DNA of 64,000 nt from Octopus sinensis (GCF_006345805.1 NC_043002.1:73222001-73286000), one strand, 5' to 3'; counted from the stretch's first letter, positions 1-13,197 are shown. Notes: a model not told the origin generated them from the letters alone. Numbers and translations are program-made.

Positions 1-600
1 GTTTCTAGCAATTTACTGACGACATTCGGAAGCCGATTTCATGTGTCTTTAAACGTGAACCCTATAAGGAGAAAATTTCCTTTCAGAGGCCCGCAGCGAA
101 CGTCCTCCCCTTTATAGTGTTCTGTAGTATGTTAAATATATATGTACATATCGTTATTTTGATCGTCATAACTTCTTTGAGAATTTTTTGTTTATCAATT
201 ACATGGATAATATCACGTGATCGAATTTTTCAACTTAATGCATTACATATGTGAGACCCATAATTCTCTCACTTTTAAAGATAGTAGAGCGAGTTTTCAG
301 GGAGATTTTTCCGCTGCTAGTAAGTCGAGCGATCTCTATGCCGGAAGCGTACAGTCTCCTTGATCTAACTTTTCTATCCTTACTAGGATGGCCTCTTCTC
401 ATTGGAACGAACAGATTTCGTGCTACCTTCACCTATGCCTACTCGACTCACTCGTCTCTCCTCTTCAAGTTTGTTTGATTTGTCATCCATACAGTTTCGA
501 AACAGCTGTAAACTGCTAAATAAATGTGACACCAACAACTCCAATCTTCATTTGTGTGCGAGTGTGTGCATGTACATATATATGTACACACACATATATA

Positions 601-1187
601 CACACATACATACATACATACATACATACATACATACATACATACATACATACATACATGCATGCATGCATGCATGCATACATACATACATACATACATA
701 CATACATACATACATACATACATACATGCATACATACATACGTACATACATACATACATACATACATACGTACGTACGTACATACATACACACATACATA
801 CATACATATATACATACATACATACATACATACATGCATACATACATACATACACACATACATACATACATACATACACACATACATACATACATACATA
901 CATACATACATACATACATACATACATACGTACGTACGTACATACATACACACATACATACATACATACATACATACATACATACATACATACATACATA
1001 CATACATGCATACATACATACGTACATACATACGTACATACATACATACATACATACATACGTACATACATACGTACATACATACATACATACACATACA
1101 TACACACATACATACATACTACATACATACATACATACATACATACATACATACATACATACATACATACATACATACATACATACA
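601..1187. repeat. (CATA)n tetranucleotide microsatellite, ~590 bp, with CGTA/CATG variants
   Basis: Direct reading; source of the spurious HTYI/MYVC ORFs. Confidence 0.98.
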
Positions 1188-1444
1188 AATATGTGTGTAT
1201 GTATATATATATATATGCATGTATGTAATGTTCGCTTCCCCGTGAGAGATTTCTGTTGACATTATTATGAAAGGCGTCAATGTATTTAAACGTACTTCAC
1301 TTTCCCTCTCCCCTGATAAACTTGGAATGAGGGGTAACATTGGGGCCAATGTCGACAGATTTTATGAGATATTTTTTCAATGTCTAGTGACAGAGAGAGA
1401 GACTATTAATCTCCAGTATATTAAAAAGTGTGACAGTGTCTGTC

Positions 1445-1764
1445 TACATACTCACACGCATGCGCACAACATACTTACACCCTTACGCACACACACACGA
1501 GCACATACAATACATATGCACGCATATTTGTACACACGCACACACGCACACACACCACACACACACACATTCATACATGTGTGTATATGTGCGTTCGTGA
1601 GTGCGTGCGTGCGTGTATGAATGATGTGTGGCTATGGCTATGTACTTTTACGTTAAAACTTTGAAACACCGCCGACACACATGCAATATGCACACAAGCA
1701 CATACTTGAATATATATATATATATATGCATGCACATGTTTGTTTGTGTGCGTGCGCGTGTATT

Positions 1765-1805
<41 letters not shown>

Positions 1806-1937
1806 TGTGTGTGTGTGTGTGCGCGTGTGATAAATAAAAAGAAAAAAAGAGAAACAAAAAGATAGTGAGAGTGCAGCAACAGACACAGACAGATATACCA
1901 ACACAGAGAGAGACAGACAGACAAACACACACACAAA

Positions 1938-2012
<75 letters not shown>
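1445..2012. repeat. Alternating (CA)n / (GT)n / (CA)n microsatellite cluster
   Basis: CA-rich 1445-1570, (GT)n 1766-1828, (CA)n 1921-2010. Confidence 0.9.
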
Positions 2013-2018
<6 letters not shown>

Positions 2019-2299
2019 CAAATTACAGCGCAGAAATAATGAAAGAGAAGTCTCCTTTAATACATTTCTAGTTTAATCAGCTTAAGTCTGCTGATCTTTA
2101 AAGCTGTTAGACGGATGGGTGTCAACAAGAGGAAGTATGCTGTTGGCGAGTGGTTTTGGGACTCACAGCCTTGCACTCCTTTACGTCAGGCATTGTTGCA
2201 TTCTCACATTATTGCGTATGAGAAAAAGATGCGTCTTCCATCCTGTCATACATACATATACATATATATATATATATATACATATATATTATATATACA

Positions 2300-2334
<35 letters not shown>

Positions 2335-2356
2335 TATATATACATATATATATATA

Positions 2357-2641
2357 TTGATAAAAACGATAAGATAACAAAAGAAAAAAAGAGACCTCGA
2401 TATTATATAAATAGAGGAAATTATCTGTAAATGTAATATGTGATAATTATTCGGTAGCCATAATAAATTAACTTCGAGTTTCGGATGCCGAGGTGGAAAT
2501 CGACGCCGCCATCTCTTCAGTTATCCGGCCATCGGAAAAACGCTATGAAAAATGACCCTATATATATATATATTATATATATATATATTATGTGTGTGTG
2601 TGGTGTGGTGTGTGTGTTGTGTGTGTGTGTGTGTGTGTGTG

Positions 2642-2681
<40 letters not shown>

Positions 2682-2863
2682 ATAATATGTAACAATTAAT
2701 CGGTAGCCATGATAAAACTCTGAGTTTCGGATGTTGGGGCGGAAACTCGGAGTTTTATCATGGCTACCGAATAATTGTCGCATATTATATTTACAGATAA
2801 ATTCCTCTATTTGCATAATATCGAGGTCTCTTTCATTCTTTTCTTGTCTTGCCATTTCTATCA

Positions 2864-2864
<1 letters not shown>
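2357..2864. mobile_element. Fold-back element with ~125 bp imperfect terminal inverted repeats between (TA)n tracts; carries a hammerhead motif and an internal hairpin
   Basis: Left arm 2357-2482 (ttgataaaaac...agagacctcgatattat..aaatagaggaa.ttatctgtaaat.taatatg.ga.aattattcggtagccat) is the reverse complement of right arm 2742-2864. Second hairpin 2675-2795 has ~54 bp arms and a 13 nt loop. Confidence 0.8.
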
Positions 2865-2915
<51 letters not shown>

Positions 2916-3574
2916 CATATATATATGGTCGTCCCGCAAATAGTGCGGTTTTTTTTTTAATATTAAGTCGGAAGGGGTACGGGTTAAAAACTACCTGCAT
3001 CAACTTGCTATAAAAGCAGAGTGTATTTTAGATTAAAAGGAGAGGTTATTTAGAATTAAGAAAGAATTTTTTTTATCTTAATTTTGAAAAATAAAAAGAA
3101 GTATAAAAAACCGCATTATTTATGGGATGACCCAATATATATGTTGGGAGCGCAGGAGTGGCTGTGTGGTAAGTCACTTGGTTACCAACCATATGGTGAC
3201 ACCTTGACAACTGTCTTTTACTATAGCCTCGGGCGACTATGCCTTGTGAGGGGATTTGGTTGATGGAAACTGAACGAAACCCATCGTTTATATGTGTGTG
3301 TGTGTGTGTACGCGCGCGCGTGCGTGTGTGTGTTTGCGTGTGTGTGTGTTTGTCCCCCCCCCCAACATCGCTTGACAACCGATGCTGGTGCATTTACGTC
3401 CACGTAACTGAGCGGTTCGGCAAATAAAACCGATAGAATAAGTACTAGGCTTACAAAGAATAAGTCCTGGAGTCGATTTGTTGTATATATATATATGTGC
3501 GTGTGTGTGTGTGTATAAATTAGAGAAGAACCACTAAATTGAAAATTTCCCTGTAACTTTGGAATCATATTCCC

Positions 3575-3624
<50 letters not shown>

Positions 3625-3840
3625 CATTATTATTATTATATATTAAATATAACTAAGTTTTTGGGGTATAATAGGGTCATAGAAAATATCATCATCGTTT
3701 CTTGACTTACGCCGAATATATATATATATATATATATTAACAATTGAGGATAAAATCTTTAAAAGAAATTATCAGTAGTCAGCGTGAAAAATCTCGTGAG
3801 AGAAAAAATCCGTAAAATCTTCCTCTTTGAAAATATTCAT

Positions 3841-4246
3841 TTATATTATATTGAGGGTACTACTATTCGTAGATACCAAACCGCTACTATTGAGGGTACT
3901 ACTATTTCGTAGATACCGTAATGCATTGCGAATAAGCCCGCCATTTTCATAGATATGTAAAGATAAACATTCGTACATGCTACGACGAATTCTACGGTTG
4001 GCTATCGAGCTTGTAATGTTATGTTTTCTCTTATATTTCTTGAGTTTGTTGCACTGACGAACATGAAATGCATATTCTGCATTAAATGCGAAATCACATG
4101 TGATATGTAACTGAATTCTTTTTTAAAATGATGTGTTTTGAAGTTTTGCATTCGGTAAAATTTTGTTTATTTTAGTAGTTTTGACCGCATTGGTCCCTCT
4201 TAGCGTGTTGGTATCTACGAATAGTAGTACCCTCAATATAATATAA
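3841..4246. mobile_element. MITE-like element with ~40 bp TIRs in TA-rich context
   Basis: ttatattatattgagggtactactattcgtagataccaa at 3841 and its exact reverse complement ending at 4246; an internal direct copy of the TIR core lies at ~3889-3917. Confidence 0.8.
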
Positions 4247-4252
4247 ATATAT

Positions 4253-4330
<78 letters not shown>

Positions 4331-5949
4331 TATATATAAATACATATACATACATACATACATACATACATACATACATACATACATACATACATACATA
4401 CAGAATGATGTGTTATACTACTATTCCACAGCCATGCTAACGATCCAACATACCTCCATCATCAGCTGCCCCACGGGTATCATTAGGAAGTTGAATATTG
4501 ATCTCTCTCTTGGCTTAATTTTAGTTACTGTATAATCAAAATACGAAGAAAGTAATGAAGAAAGAAGAAAGAAGCAAACGATGCAGTCTATGCAGTCCGT
4601 AAAATCAGAAAACTGAGCACATTATTTCTGCGTGTCAAGTCCTTGAAAAGTCTAATTAGATACGCAGAGATCTTGAAGTTGACAGCTATGGCCATTCAGC
4701 AATATGCCGATACTTCGACGCGAAAATGGGTAAGTGTTGTAAATATATACCAAATACGCTACATGACAAACAGCGGGCCTTAAACGTGTTAATATGTCGG
4801 CACAGAAGGGCAAGGAGACCAAGCCAAGGTGTTTAGATATGATTGTCAAAGACAACAACAAAATTGTTTGTAAGTTGAACGATATCCCCTTATCTTCTCG
4901 AATTATCAAGGAAAGATGACGATATCATCGCTCAGAGGCAAACCGAAAGATTGTTAAAATACAAGGACAGTGAAACTCAGTTGAACGTGAGACATAAAAG
5001 TAAATACAGGAGCAATAATAACTGGAGTACAAAGAGTTAAAAAAGACGAGTGAACATACAAACATAAAAGGTATACATGATATGGTTTATATTGATTTAT
5101 GCACCCCACATCCTTTTTAAGAAACTTTCGTGTCAATAATAATGCGAGCCACACAATGCACACTCTACACGATATAGACTTTACACAATCATTTTCCAGT
5201 AAAATGAGACAAACCACACGGCACATACACTGCAGAGTCACAACACATATAACACAATCCATCAAGCACACACTCCACACTACTTATGCTTAACTTTTTG
5301 TAGGTCAACGCTCATCTTTCACTGAATGGTGTTTTACAAACGTTCTTTCCTCCTGTTTTGCAAAACAAAAGCAAAAAAGAAAAGAAACTGTAGGTTAATT
5401 TAATCAGAAGCTAAATTTATGCAGTGGTTTATTAGCCATACTTTCTTATAGAATCCCACCCATAATGTGTCTATTAATAGTTATCTGTGTGGATTAGTGC
5501 CCCCTCCATGTATATTTCTTCAGGAAATTACTATGGGCGAGGACTAATTTAATGAAATTATATTGAACCTTAGGGTAAGTTTCCCACTCCCAGGTAACAC
5601 GATTTCCTACTTACATTCTAAAACCGATAAAGATTTGTTTTTGAAAATATACTTTAAATATAAGTATTGTACCTGGTTTAAACATATGCTGTTGTATCGC
5701 AGAGTGGGGGGGGGGTCATTATGCTAATAATAAACGCATGCACTGCTTCTATTTTACTTCTTTATTCTTATTAGCCTATTGGTTAACCCTTTAACCAATT
5801 AATTAACTGTTTGTTTGATTAATCGTTTGGAGGTCAATTAACCAATCAACTAGGCTTGTCAAAGTCCTTTTATTGCCATACACGAACGCATTAATATCTT
5901 GCCCTCTCTACAAAATAGGAATATTTAAGTAAATTATTTCTAAGAAAAA

Positions 5950-6420
5950 TTGCTACCTTCCCATCTAAAACCCATCACCTCCAATAGCGTCCCCTGGACA
6001 TGCTCTAACCACTATTGAGCTCTCAACTCAAGAGGGTGCCCAATTACAAAATAAAAACGGAAAAACATTGCTCCATATAGACACTGTCCAATATAATCCC
6101 ACACCCCTCACTCCTTCAGCATCGCCAAGTTGCACAGCTCTCATGCTATGCAACTGCCATCCTGGTAATACTACCACTTAACTCACACCACCTATACGGT
6201 ACGTACACTGGACAACCGGTACAGGACATTAAAACACGTAACACAGCACAATGCACGTATACTGCACAACAGACATACGAAACACAAATAAATAGCACCT
6301 AAACAACAACACAAATCTCAAAATAATGTAAAACAAACGCACTTCGACCCAGAACCCGTGCTCACCCCAACCCCCACGCACTGTGTCATACAGGAACACA
6401 GGCGCACCTGGTGATTTAAT
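5950..6420 (+). mobile_element. Possible highly decayed LINE ORF2 fragment
   Basis: Strong C/A strand skew and broken peptides such as KHVTQHNARILHNRH and VIQEHRRTW, loosely reminiscent of I/Jockey-group ORF2; no decisive motif. Confidence 0.3.
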
Positions 6421-7005
6421 AGACGTTCGCATAAAATTGTTGAAAATGTGATGTAATAATGATCATTATAAATAAAAGACAAACAAATTTCATAACCTTC
6501 ACAGCCCAAGCAAAAACAATACTGGTCATTAAAGAAAAACTCTGTTTCTCCTGGGAAACTTTTGATTTGTTTCACGCCAAGTGGGAGACTTTCAGCTGTT
6601 TGTATCGATTAAAAATATCCAAAAATGATGTGAATCCAAATGTTTTATTTTTCTCATTTCTTAGTTTTTTTTTGTGTTATTATTATTTTTTTAATAACTC
6701 TTGTTTTACAAGGGTTGATATTTGAACACGAAATTAATATCTCTTGCGCCTACTTTACTACAACAAGCACATAGATACGTGTCGAAAATAAGAATACACT
6801 AGATTTTGCTTGTATAATGATGTACACACACACACACGCACACACACACACTCACATATATATGTATTATTTTAAATTGTATGGATAATACCATACTAAA
6901 TTCTGGTACCTCAACTTAAGTACCATATTCATCTGAATCTAAATTTTTACTGAACTTATATATATATATGTATATAATTATGCATATATATATGTATGCA
7001 TACAC

Positions 7006-7065
<60 letters not shown>

Positions 7066-7434
7066 CTATACACACATATATACATTTACGTGTGCGTGTA
7101 AGTGTGTACGTATGAGCTGGCCCTGGTGCATATCGGTTCACATGAACAGCTAATTAACATCTTTGTTATTTTATATTTCATAATGAGAACCGGCGAATAT
7201 TTTTTTCTTTTTTCTTGTTTTTTTTCTTCTTTTTTCTTTTTCCTTCTGGTCACTGAATAAAGATCTATACCGAGCTACCACGCGGCGAACAATTCTCTAA
7301 CATTCCTCCGCCCACCTAACAATTATCACTACAACACACGTATGCATCAATAAAAAAATATATGAACACTTTTGCACACTTTAAAAAGCCTTATGGAACA
7401 AGTTTCGACAAGAAACAAAATTAGGTCTGTTCGG

Positions 7435-7610
7435 AAAGGATGGGCCACGCTTTCACGGTCCGTATTCGTACTGAAAATCAAGATCGAGCGAGCTTTGCCT
7501 TTTTGCTCAACGTGTGGTTTCCGCCCACACTGAGCTCGCCTTGGGACACCTGCGTTATCGTTTGACAGACGTACCACCCCAGTCAAATTCCTCGACCGAC
7601 ACTGTTCTCG
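7435..7610 (-). pseudogene. Isolated ~175 bp 28S rRNA fragment (domain V, including the P-loop region)
   Basis: Reverse complement reads ...GAATTTGACTGGGGTGGTACGTCTGTCAAACGATAACGCAGGTGTCCCAAGGCGAGCTCAG...GATCTTGATTTTCAGTACGAATACGGACCGTGAAAGCG..., recognisable conserved eukaryotic LSU rRNA sequence. Flanks are not rDNA. Confidence 0.9.
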
Positions 7611-8261
7611 ACTAAGTACTGGAAATGTCTCGCATAATCTGCCTCATGCCTATGAATTTATGAAACTGGAGTTTATTTAGATTTCTAAGGAGTTTTGGTG
7701 ATTGCGTGAACAGAGAATCTATGATTTTCCGCTGAACAGATACACATCAGTAGTAGGAACTAATACCCAGCTTTCATTATCGTCAATCCTAAGACTCAAA
7801 GGCCCAGCTAACCGGCTTCTATGGTGTATAATTGGCCGAGATCATGACATTCTCTTTGAATAGAATGCTGGTCCAGAGTGGACTGGAGCGAAGTGAAATG
7901 AAGTGTTTTGCTCAAGAACACAACTCGGTCCGAAAACTTAAACTACGATTTTGCAATCGTGAATGCAATACCTTAACCCCTACGCCACGCGATATCACTA
8001 ACCCCCAAGCTTTCGTTGATATTTAATTCTAACTGGAGCAAATCGACTGTCTTCTTTGTTACTACTGATAACAGTGAACGTCAAATACAACAAACGATCG
8101 TAGTTAATAATGTGATCAATTCGTACACGCACATACGCGCTCACACACATATCCGAGTGTAAGGAGCGAGAGATGGTGTACATGTGAATTTATATATATG
8201 CATATATATGATCAATTCAACATATGAAACCGTTAATACAGACACGTTTTTTTTCACTCCG

Positions 8262-8410
8262 TTTATTATTTTTTTCCTTCTCTCCATGCGTTCTTTCCCT
8301 GTTCCTTTATATAGATGAGCGTAGGATCGAAACGTTAAAGACTCTTCCAGTTTCCCTGAGCGTCAAACTAACACACTTGTGTTGTTCCCTTATATGTCTC
8401 TGTCTTCCGT
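8262..8410 (+). mobile_element. Older copy of the 33215 hammerhead-element family
   Basis: 8305-8340 cttt-atatagat-gagc-gtag-gatc-gaaac-gtt-aaagac; the downstream cctgagcgtcaaactaacacac matches the 33.3 kb copy. Confidence 0.5.
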
Positions 8411-8840
8411 TTATATACGAAGAGTGTATGAAACGTTTTGAGCTTTGAAGTCTTATACCTTCATTAAAAGTCTTGTACCAAGCTTTGTCCCTTTTTTTTC
8501 TGTTTTTGAGGCTCAGGACTTTTTATACACCCCTCGTGTGTGTATATATGTTTATGTATATGTGTATATATATATATATAATAAACAAACACTCTTAGAA
8601 ACGCCGAATGACTTCGTATTCTGCAGAAAATAAAGGAAGTAAATCTCGAATTCAGAATAGTCGTGAAAACAGGTTAGAAGGCAGGGTAAATACCTTTAGA
8701 AGATAGGGGGGGGGGGTTGACCAGCAAGCCGTTACAGAGAATCGAATCCTGTGCCATTTCAAATTCCAGCTGAGTGCTCTGTACCATAAAGCGTTCCCTG
8801 ACAACAATTGCCGATTTTTTTATAACGTTAAATAACAACA

Positions 8841-8920
<80 letters not shown>

Positions 8921-9695
8921 CGAAACCGTGGTCAGTGTATTAAATGCCTTCCCCTATTTGTTATATGACCTTTTACGTCACAATATCACACACACACACA
9001 CATATCAGGTAATGACTAGATCACAGGATATAGTTAAATACTTAGTTCGTTGCCTGGTTTTGCATCACCACCCAGGCCCTTGGGGGTCTTTTAGTGGAAT
9101 ACGCTCTGTTGCAAGCATGTGGGACTAAGTTTCCGGTCTGAAGAAGATTATACTTCCTACTTTCTTTCCATCAATCACGCGGAAGTCCAGAAGACAAGAA
9201 AGAGAAAGAAAAAAATTGGTTATATGAGCCCCCGTCACTCCTACCGCTGATTAGCCATTGCAAGCAAAAAAAAAAAAAAGAATACAAAAGGAAAAGAAAA
9301 CAAATGATTCCCAGACGGGTGTGAGCTAACTGTATGTATTTACAGTAATGTTTGAAGTAGCTTCTCATAACTATTGATTTATTTTCTTTCTGAAGCAGAT
9401 TACGAGTATTATTTTTATAATGACGCGACAGTAGAAACAATTTGTTACTTATTTGAGCTCCATCGACGGAAACCACTATGCAAGACGATCAGTATGCTAG
9501 AAATAGCAGCCACATCTCGTTGAGATCATACCGCATCGGCTTTAAAACATGGAGATATTCATACAAAGGTAATAAGAAGCTCTTGGTATGCAAGTAGATA
9601 GGCAGATCAAAGTGGGAAAAAGACTTTGATCAATCGGTCAAACTCGATCAAGAATTAACTTGGGGGCTAAACACTATTGTTTAACCCCAAGTAAC

Positions 9696-9733
<38 letters not shown>

Positions 9734-9764
9734 TTATATATATTATATATATATATATATATAA

Positions 9765-10230
9765 GCGCAGGCGTTACTGTGTAGTAAGAAGCTTGCTTCG
9801 TAACCACATTGTTTCGAGTTCAATCCCTCTGCGTGGCACATTGGGCAAGTGTCTTCTACTACAGCCTCGGGCCGACCAAACCTCGTGAGTGGATTTGGTA
9901 GACGAAAAGTGAAAGAATCTCGCCGTATATATATATATATATATATATACGACGAGCTTCTTTCACACATATATATATGTGTGTGTGTGTGTGTGTGCGT
10001 AATTATGTGTGTGTCTTTGTGTCTGTATTTGTCCGCCTACCATCGCTTGACAAGCGATGTTAGTGTGTTTATGTCCCAGTAACTTAGCGGTTCGATAAAA
10101 GAGACCGGTAGAATAAGTACTAGGCTTACAAAGAATAAGTCTTAGGGTCGATTTGTTCGACTAAAATCCTTTAAGGCGGTGATCCAGCATGGCCGCAGTC
10201 AAATGACGGAAACAAGTAAAGGAGTAAAAG
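9765..10230 (+). mobile_element. tRNA-derived SINE family A (full length, internal microsatellite)
   Basis: Head gcgcagg.gtggctgtgtggtaag..gcttgctt.ccaaccacatggttc.gggttca.tccc.ctgcg (box A/B), ttgggcaagtgtctt CORE-like block, (TA)(TG)n middle, then catcgcttgacaaccgatg...gaataagtactaggcttacaaagaataagtc...cagcatggccgcagtcaaatgactgaaacaagtaaaaga. Other copies: 3147-3482+, 12715-13090-, 21700-22052+, 26255-26850+, 27205-27370+, 27810-27995+, 32755-33140-, 38510-38850-, 39895-40310+, 43505-43850+, 44035-44540-, 45475-45895-, 52610-52740+, 58045-58365-. Probably among the described octopus OK/OR SINEs; exact name not assigned. Confidence 0.9.
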
Positions 10231-10249
10231 AATTTTTTTTTTTTTTCCA

Positions 10250-10973
10250 GGTGAAGGCCGGTTTATGAGGTTACCCTGGGTTTCCCGTTTATAACGGGCT
10301 TAACTTTATGGCGTATCGTCAGAGCCAAAGACATGTTGACCTCAGACCTCTTTAAAATATGGAGGGGGAAAGGTCTCGATACAAAGGCAAATGTAAACAA
10401 GGATACTATCTCCCTTTGCCAATGGCTATCGACTTCCGGCCGTACCGCCATCATTCAGCTGTGAGAGTAAACAATGGGGGATTATTTCCCTATCCCATTA
10501 GCCTTCAACTTCCGGCTGTGCCGCCATCTTACGGTTCCCAAAATGCCTTCGGAAATCTCCTAAAATGCAAACATTGCTCGAAAATATCCGTTCTGGAGTT
10601 AAGTATAGTCCCTGGGTCGAGTGAGTCTTTTAGTATTCTCGTGCGTTCAGCTATGCATTGCTTGCAACGTTTCGTCCCGTTGATGTAGGGGCCTGGGTTT
10701 TCGAGTATTTTCCTTGAGATCCAGTGCGAAACTCCGTGGTCTTTTAGTTGCCAAATGTGGCTGGCCAACGATGTTACGTATCTCCTTTCCGGGACTCTGA
10801 AGGTGGGTCCATGGTTGGAAAAGTGTTTCTCGAACGAATTTCCGGTACAACCAATGTATTTCCGTGGACGCGCGATGTCAGTGCTGTACCTGTTGTTGCA
10901 ATAACAGCTGCAGTAGCAACAACAACAACAAGTACATCACCGACATCGCGCGTCCACGGAAATACATTGGTTG
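10250..10973 (-). mobile_element. 5'-truncated Penelope-like retroelement: C-terminal GIY-YIG endonuclease remnant plus 3' UTR
   Basis: Open frame 10861-10529: KYIGCTGNSFEKHFSNHGPTFRVPERRYVTSLASHIWQLKDHGVSHWISRKILENPGPYINGTKRCKQCIAERTRILKDSLDPGTILNSRTDIFEQCLHFRRFPKAFWEP*. YIG, SL..HIW.LK, C..C and LN.R...C.H motifs are typical of PLE endonucleases. An inverted duplication sits at the 5' end. Confidence 0.88.
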
Positions 10974-12388
10974 CCACATTCATCCACCTTTCAACAAATA
11001 TACTGGGGTTAACACCTCCATCTCCACCCTTACCTTTACATGTCTCTTCGACGGGATCAAATAAGAGTACCAGTCGGGTACTAGTGTCAATGTAATCGTT
11101 TAACTCCCACCCGTTAAAAATTGCTGACCTCGTGCCAAAATTTGAAAGAATTACTATAAATATTGGTTTCAAATTTGAGCACAGGGCCGGCAAATTCAGG
11201 AGAGGGGTGAGTTGATTACATAGACCCCAGTATTCAACTGGTAATTATTTTATTGATCCCGAAAGGATGAAAGGCAAAGTTTACCACGGCGGAATTTGAA
11301 CTCAGAATTTAAAGACGAGGCATTTTGACCGGAGCGGTAACGATTCTGCCAGGTAACCGCCTTAATTACAATAAATATTATTGCGGTGATTTGGCAGAGT
11401 CGTTAGGGCGTCAGGAAAACGCTTTGTAGTATCTGTACTGGCTCTTTACGTTCTGAGTTCAAATTCCATCGTGAACAACATTGCCTTTTTTATCTTTTCA
11501 GAGTCGATGAAATAAGCTACCGATCAAGTACTGTGATTAATATTATCGAATAACAAAATGCTCTCAAATTTGAGGATTGGCAAAATCGCTGGAGGAATGG
11601 AATAGATGCATTGTAGTATTTGCATTTGTTCCGGCTCTTTAATATCTAAGTTCGAATCCTGCTGAGGTCAATTTTGCCTTTCATCCGTAAACAACCAGTC
11701 AAGTACTGGGATAGATTTATTCGGTTAGCCCTTTCTTTTTGAAATGTTAAACCTTGTGCCTATCTAAGAAGCAAATACAGTTATAAAAGATATGTAATGG
11801 ACAGAAGTAAAAATAAAATTTAGTGTCGAGAATGATTTGTTCCTTGGCTGCAATGTTGAAGCTTCTATTTAGCGGTAAATTACGAGAATGAACTCAGTGA
11901 CAGTTTGGATTAGAAAAAAGTCATTACTGAAGGAATCAGAGGGAATTAATTGTCAGAGTGTGAAAGAAGATAAGGCACGACATGATCTGGTCACAAGCAT
12001 ACTTGTGTGGTTAAGAAGTTCAGATTGCATCTACATGGTTTCAAGTTCAACGCAGCAACGTGGCAATTAAGATGAGTTTCTTCTAACATAGCCTTAGGTC
12101 TATCAAGGCTTTCTACGGTCGCTAAAATATGTACGAAAGCCTGTCATAGGGTCTATTTATTTTTGTTTTAGCGTAGCAGACTTAATCTGTTTTCCGGTCT
12201 TATACCCCTATCTGGTCTTTGGGTGTTTTTTGCGACCCTGTAATTAGGTAGATTTATATAACGTGCCTTGTGTCTCCAAGCAATCACGGGCTCCGGGCAC
12301 ATGGTTAGTGCTATTTGAAATCCAGCGTCTGGGTGTCTCCATGGCAAGAAACTGTTAGTACCTCTTATTTTAACACACACACGCACAC

Positions 12389-12432
<44 letters not shown>

Positions 12433-13197
12433 CAAGGAAAACACGTCAAGAAGGGCAGGTTTTCACAAAGGTGTTATTAGTTTCACGTTTGAAAGAAAGG
12501 AAGAAGGATGATGGAAAAGAGGGACGAAGAAAAACGAGCGGCTAGGGGCCGGCTGGAAATGCCGTTCAATGGGTTCACAGCCCACCTTACGGTTATAACA
12601 ATCGACTTCTCTCATTCGAATTCAATGTGGCTGAAGACTAGCATCACGCTTGAAACTCGGAGTACCAATGATTTTGAATCAAACTGTTTTGATACACACG
12701 CACACACAGACAAACACACATACATATTCTTTTATTCTTTTACTTGCTTCAGTCATATGACTGCGGCCATGCTGGAGCACCGCTGTTTAATCGAAGAAAT
12801 CTACCCCAGGACTTATTCTTTGTAAATATGGTACTTATTTTATCGTTATCTTTTGCCGAACTGCTAAGTTATGGGGACGTAAGCACACCAGCATCGGTTG
12901 TCAAGCGATGGTGGGTGGGAACAAACACTGACACAAAGACACACATAAATATATACATATACACTTATAAGGCTTTGGTTGGTCCGAGGCTATAATAGAA
13001 GACACTTGCCCAAGGTGTCACGCAGTGGGACTGAACCCTGAACTATGTGGTTGGCAAGCAAGCTTCTTACCACACAGCCACGCCTACGCCTATATATATA
13101 TATATGTGTGTGTGCGTGTGTGTGTGTGTGTGTGTATACACACACATACATGTACATACATATTCGTGCATTCATATATCTTTGTATGTGTTGTATG

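Noticed and set aside
402-1259. Long ORFs of 200-285 aa (HTYI/MYVC repeats)
   Set aside because: Translations of the (CATA)n microsatellite, which lacks stops in all frames; no coding evidence.
15-4070. CTGACGA hexamer-like hits at ~16 and ~4052 as hammerheads
   Set aside because: No stem II plus GAAA plus NUH arrangement follows them.
4660-4735. Possible plus-strand exon ending gg|gtaagt (DLEVDSYGHSAICRYFDAKM)
   Set aside because: No recognisable family, weak acceptor, no partner exons found.
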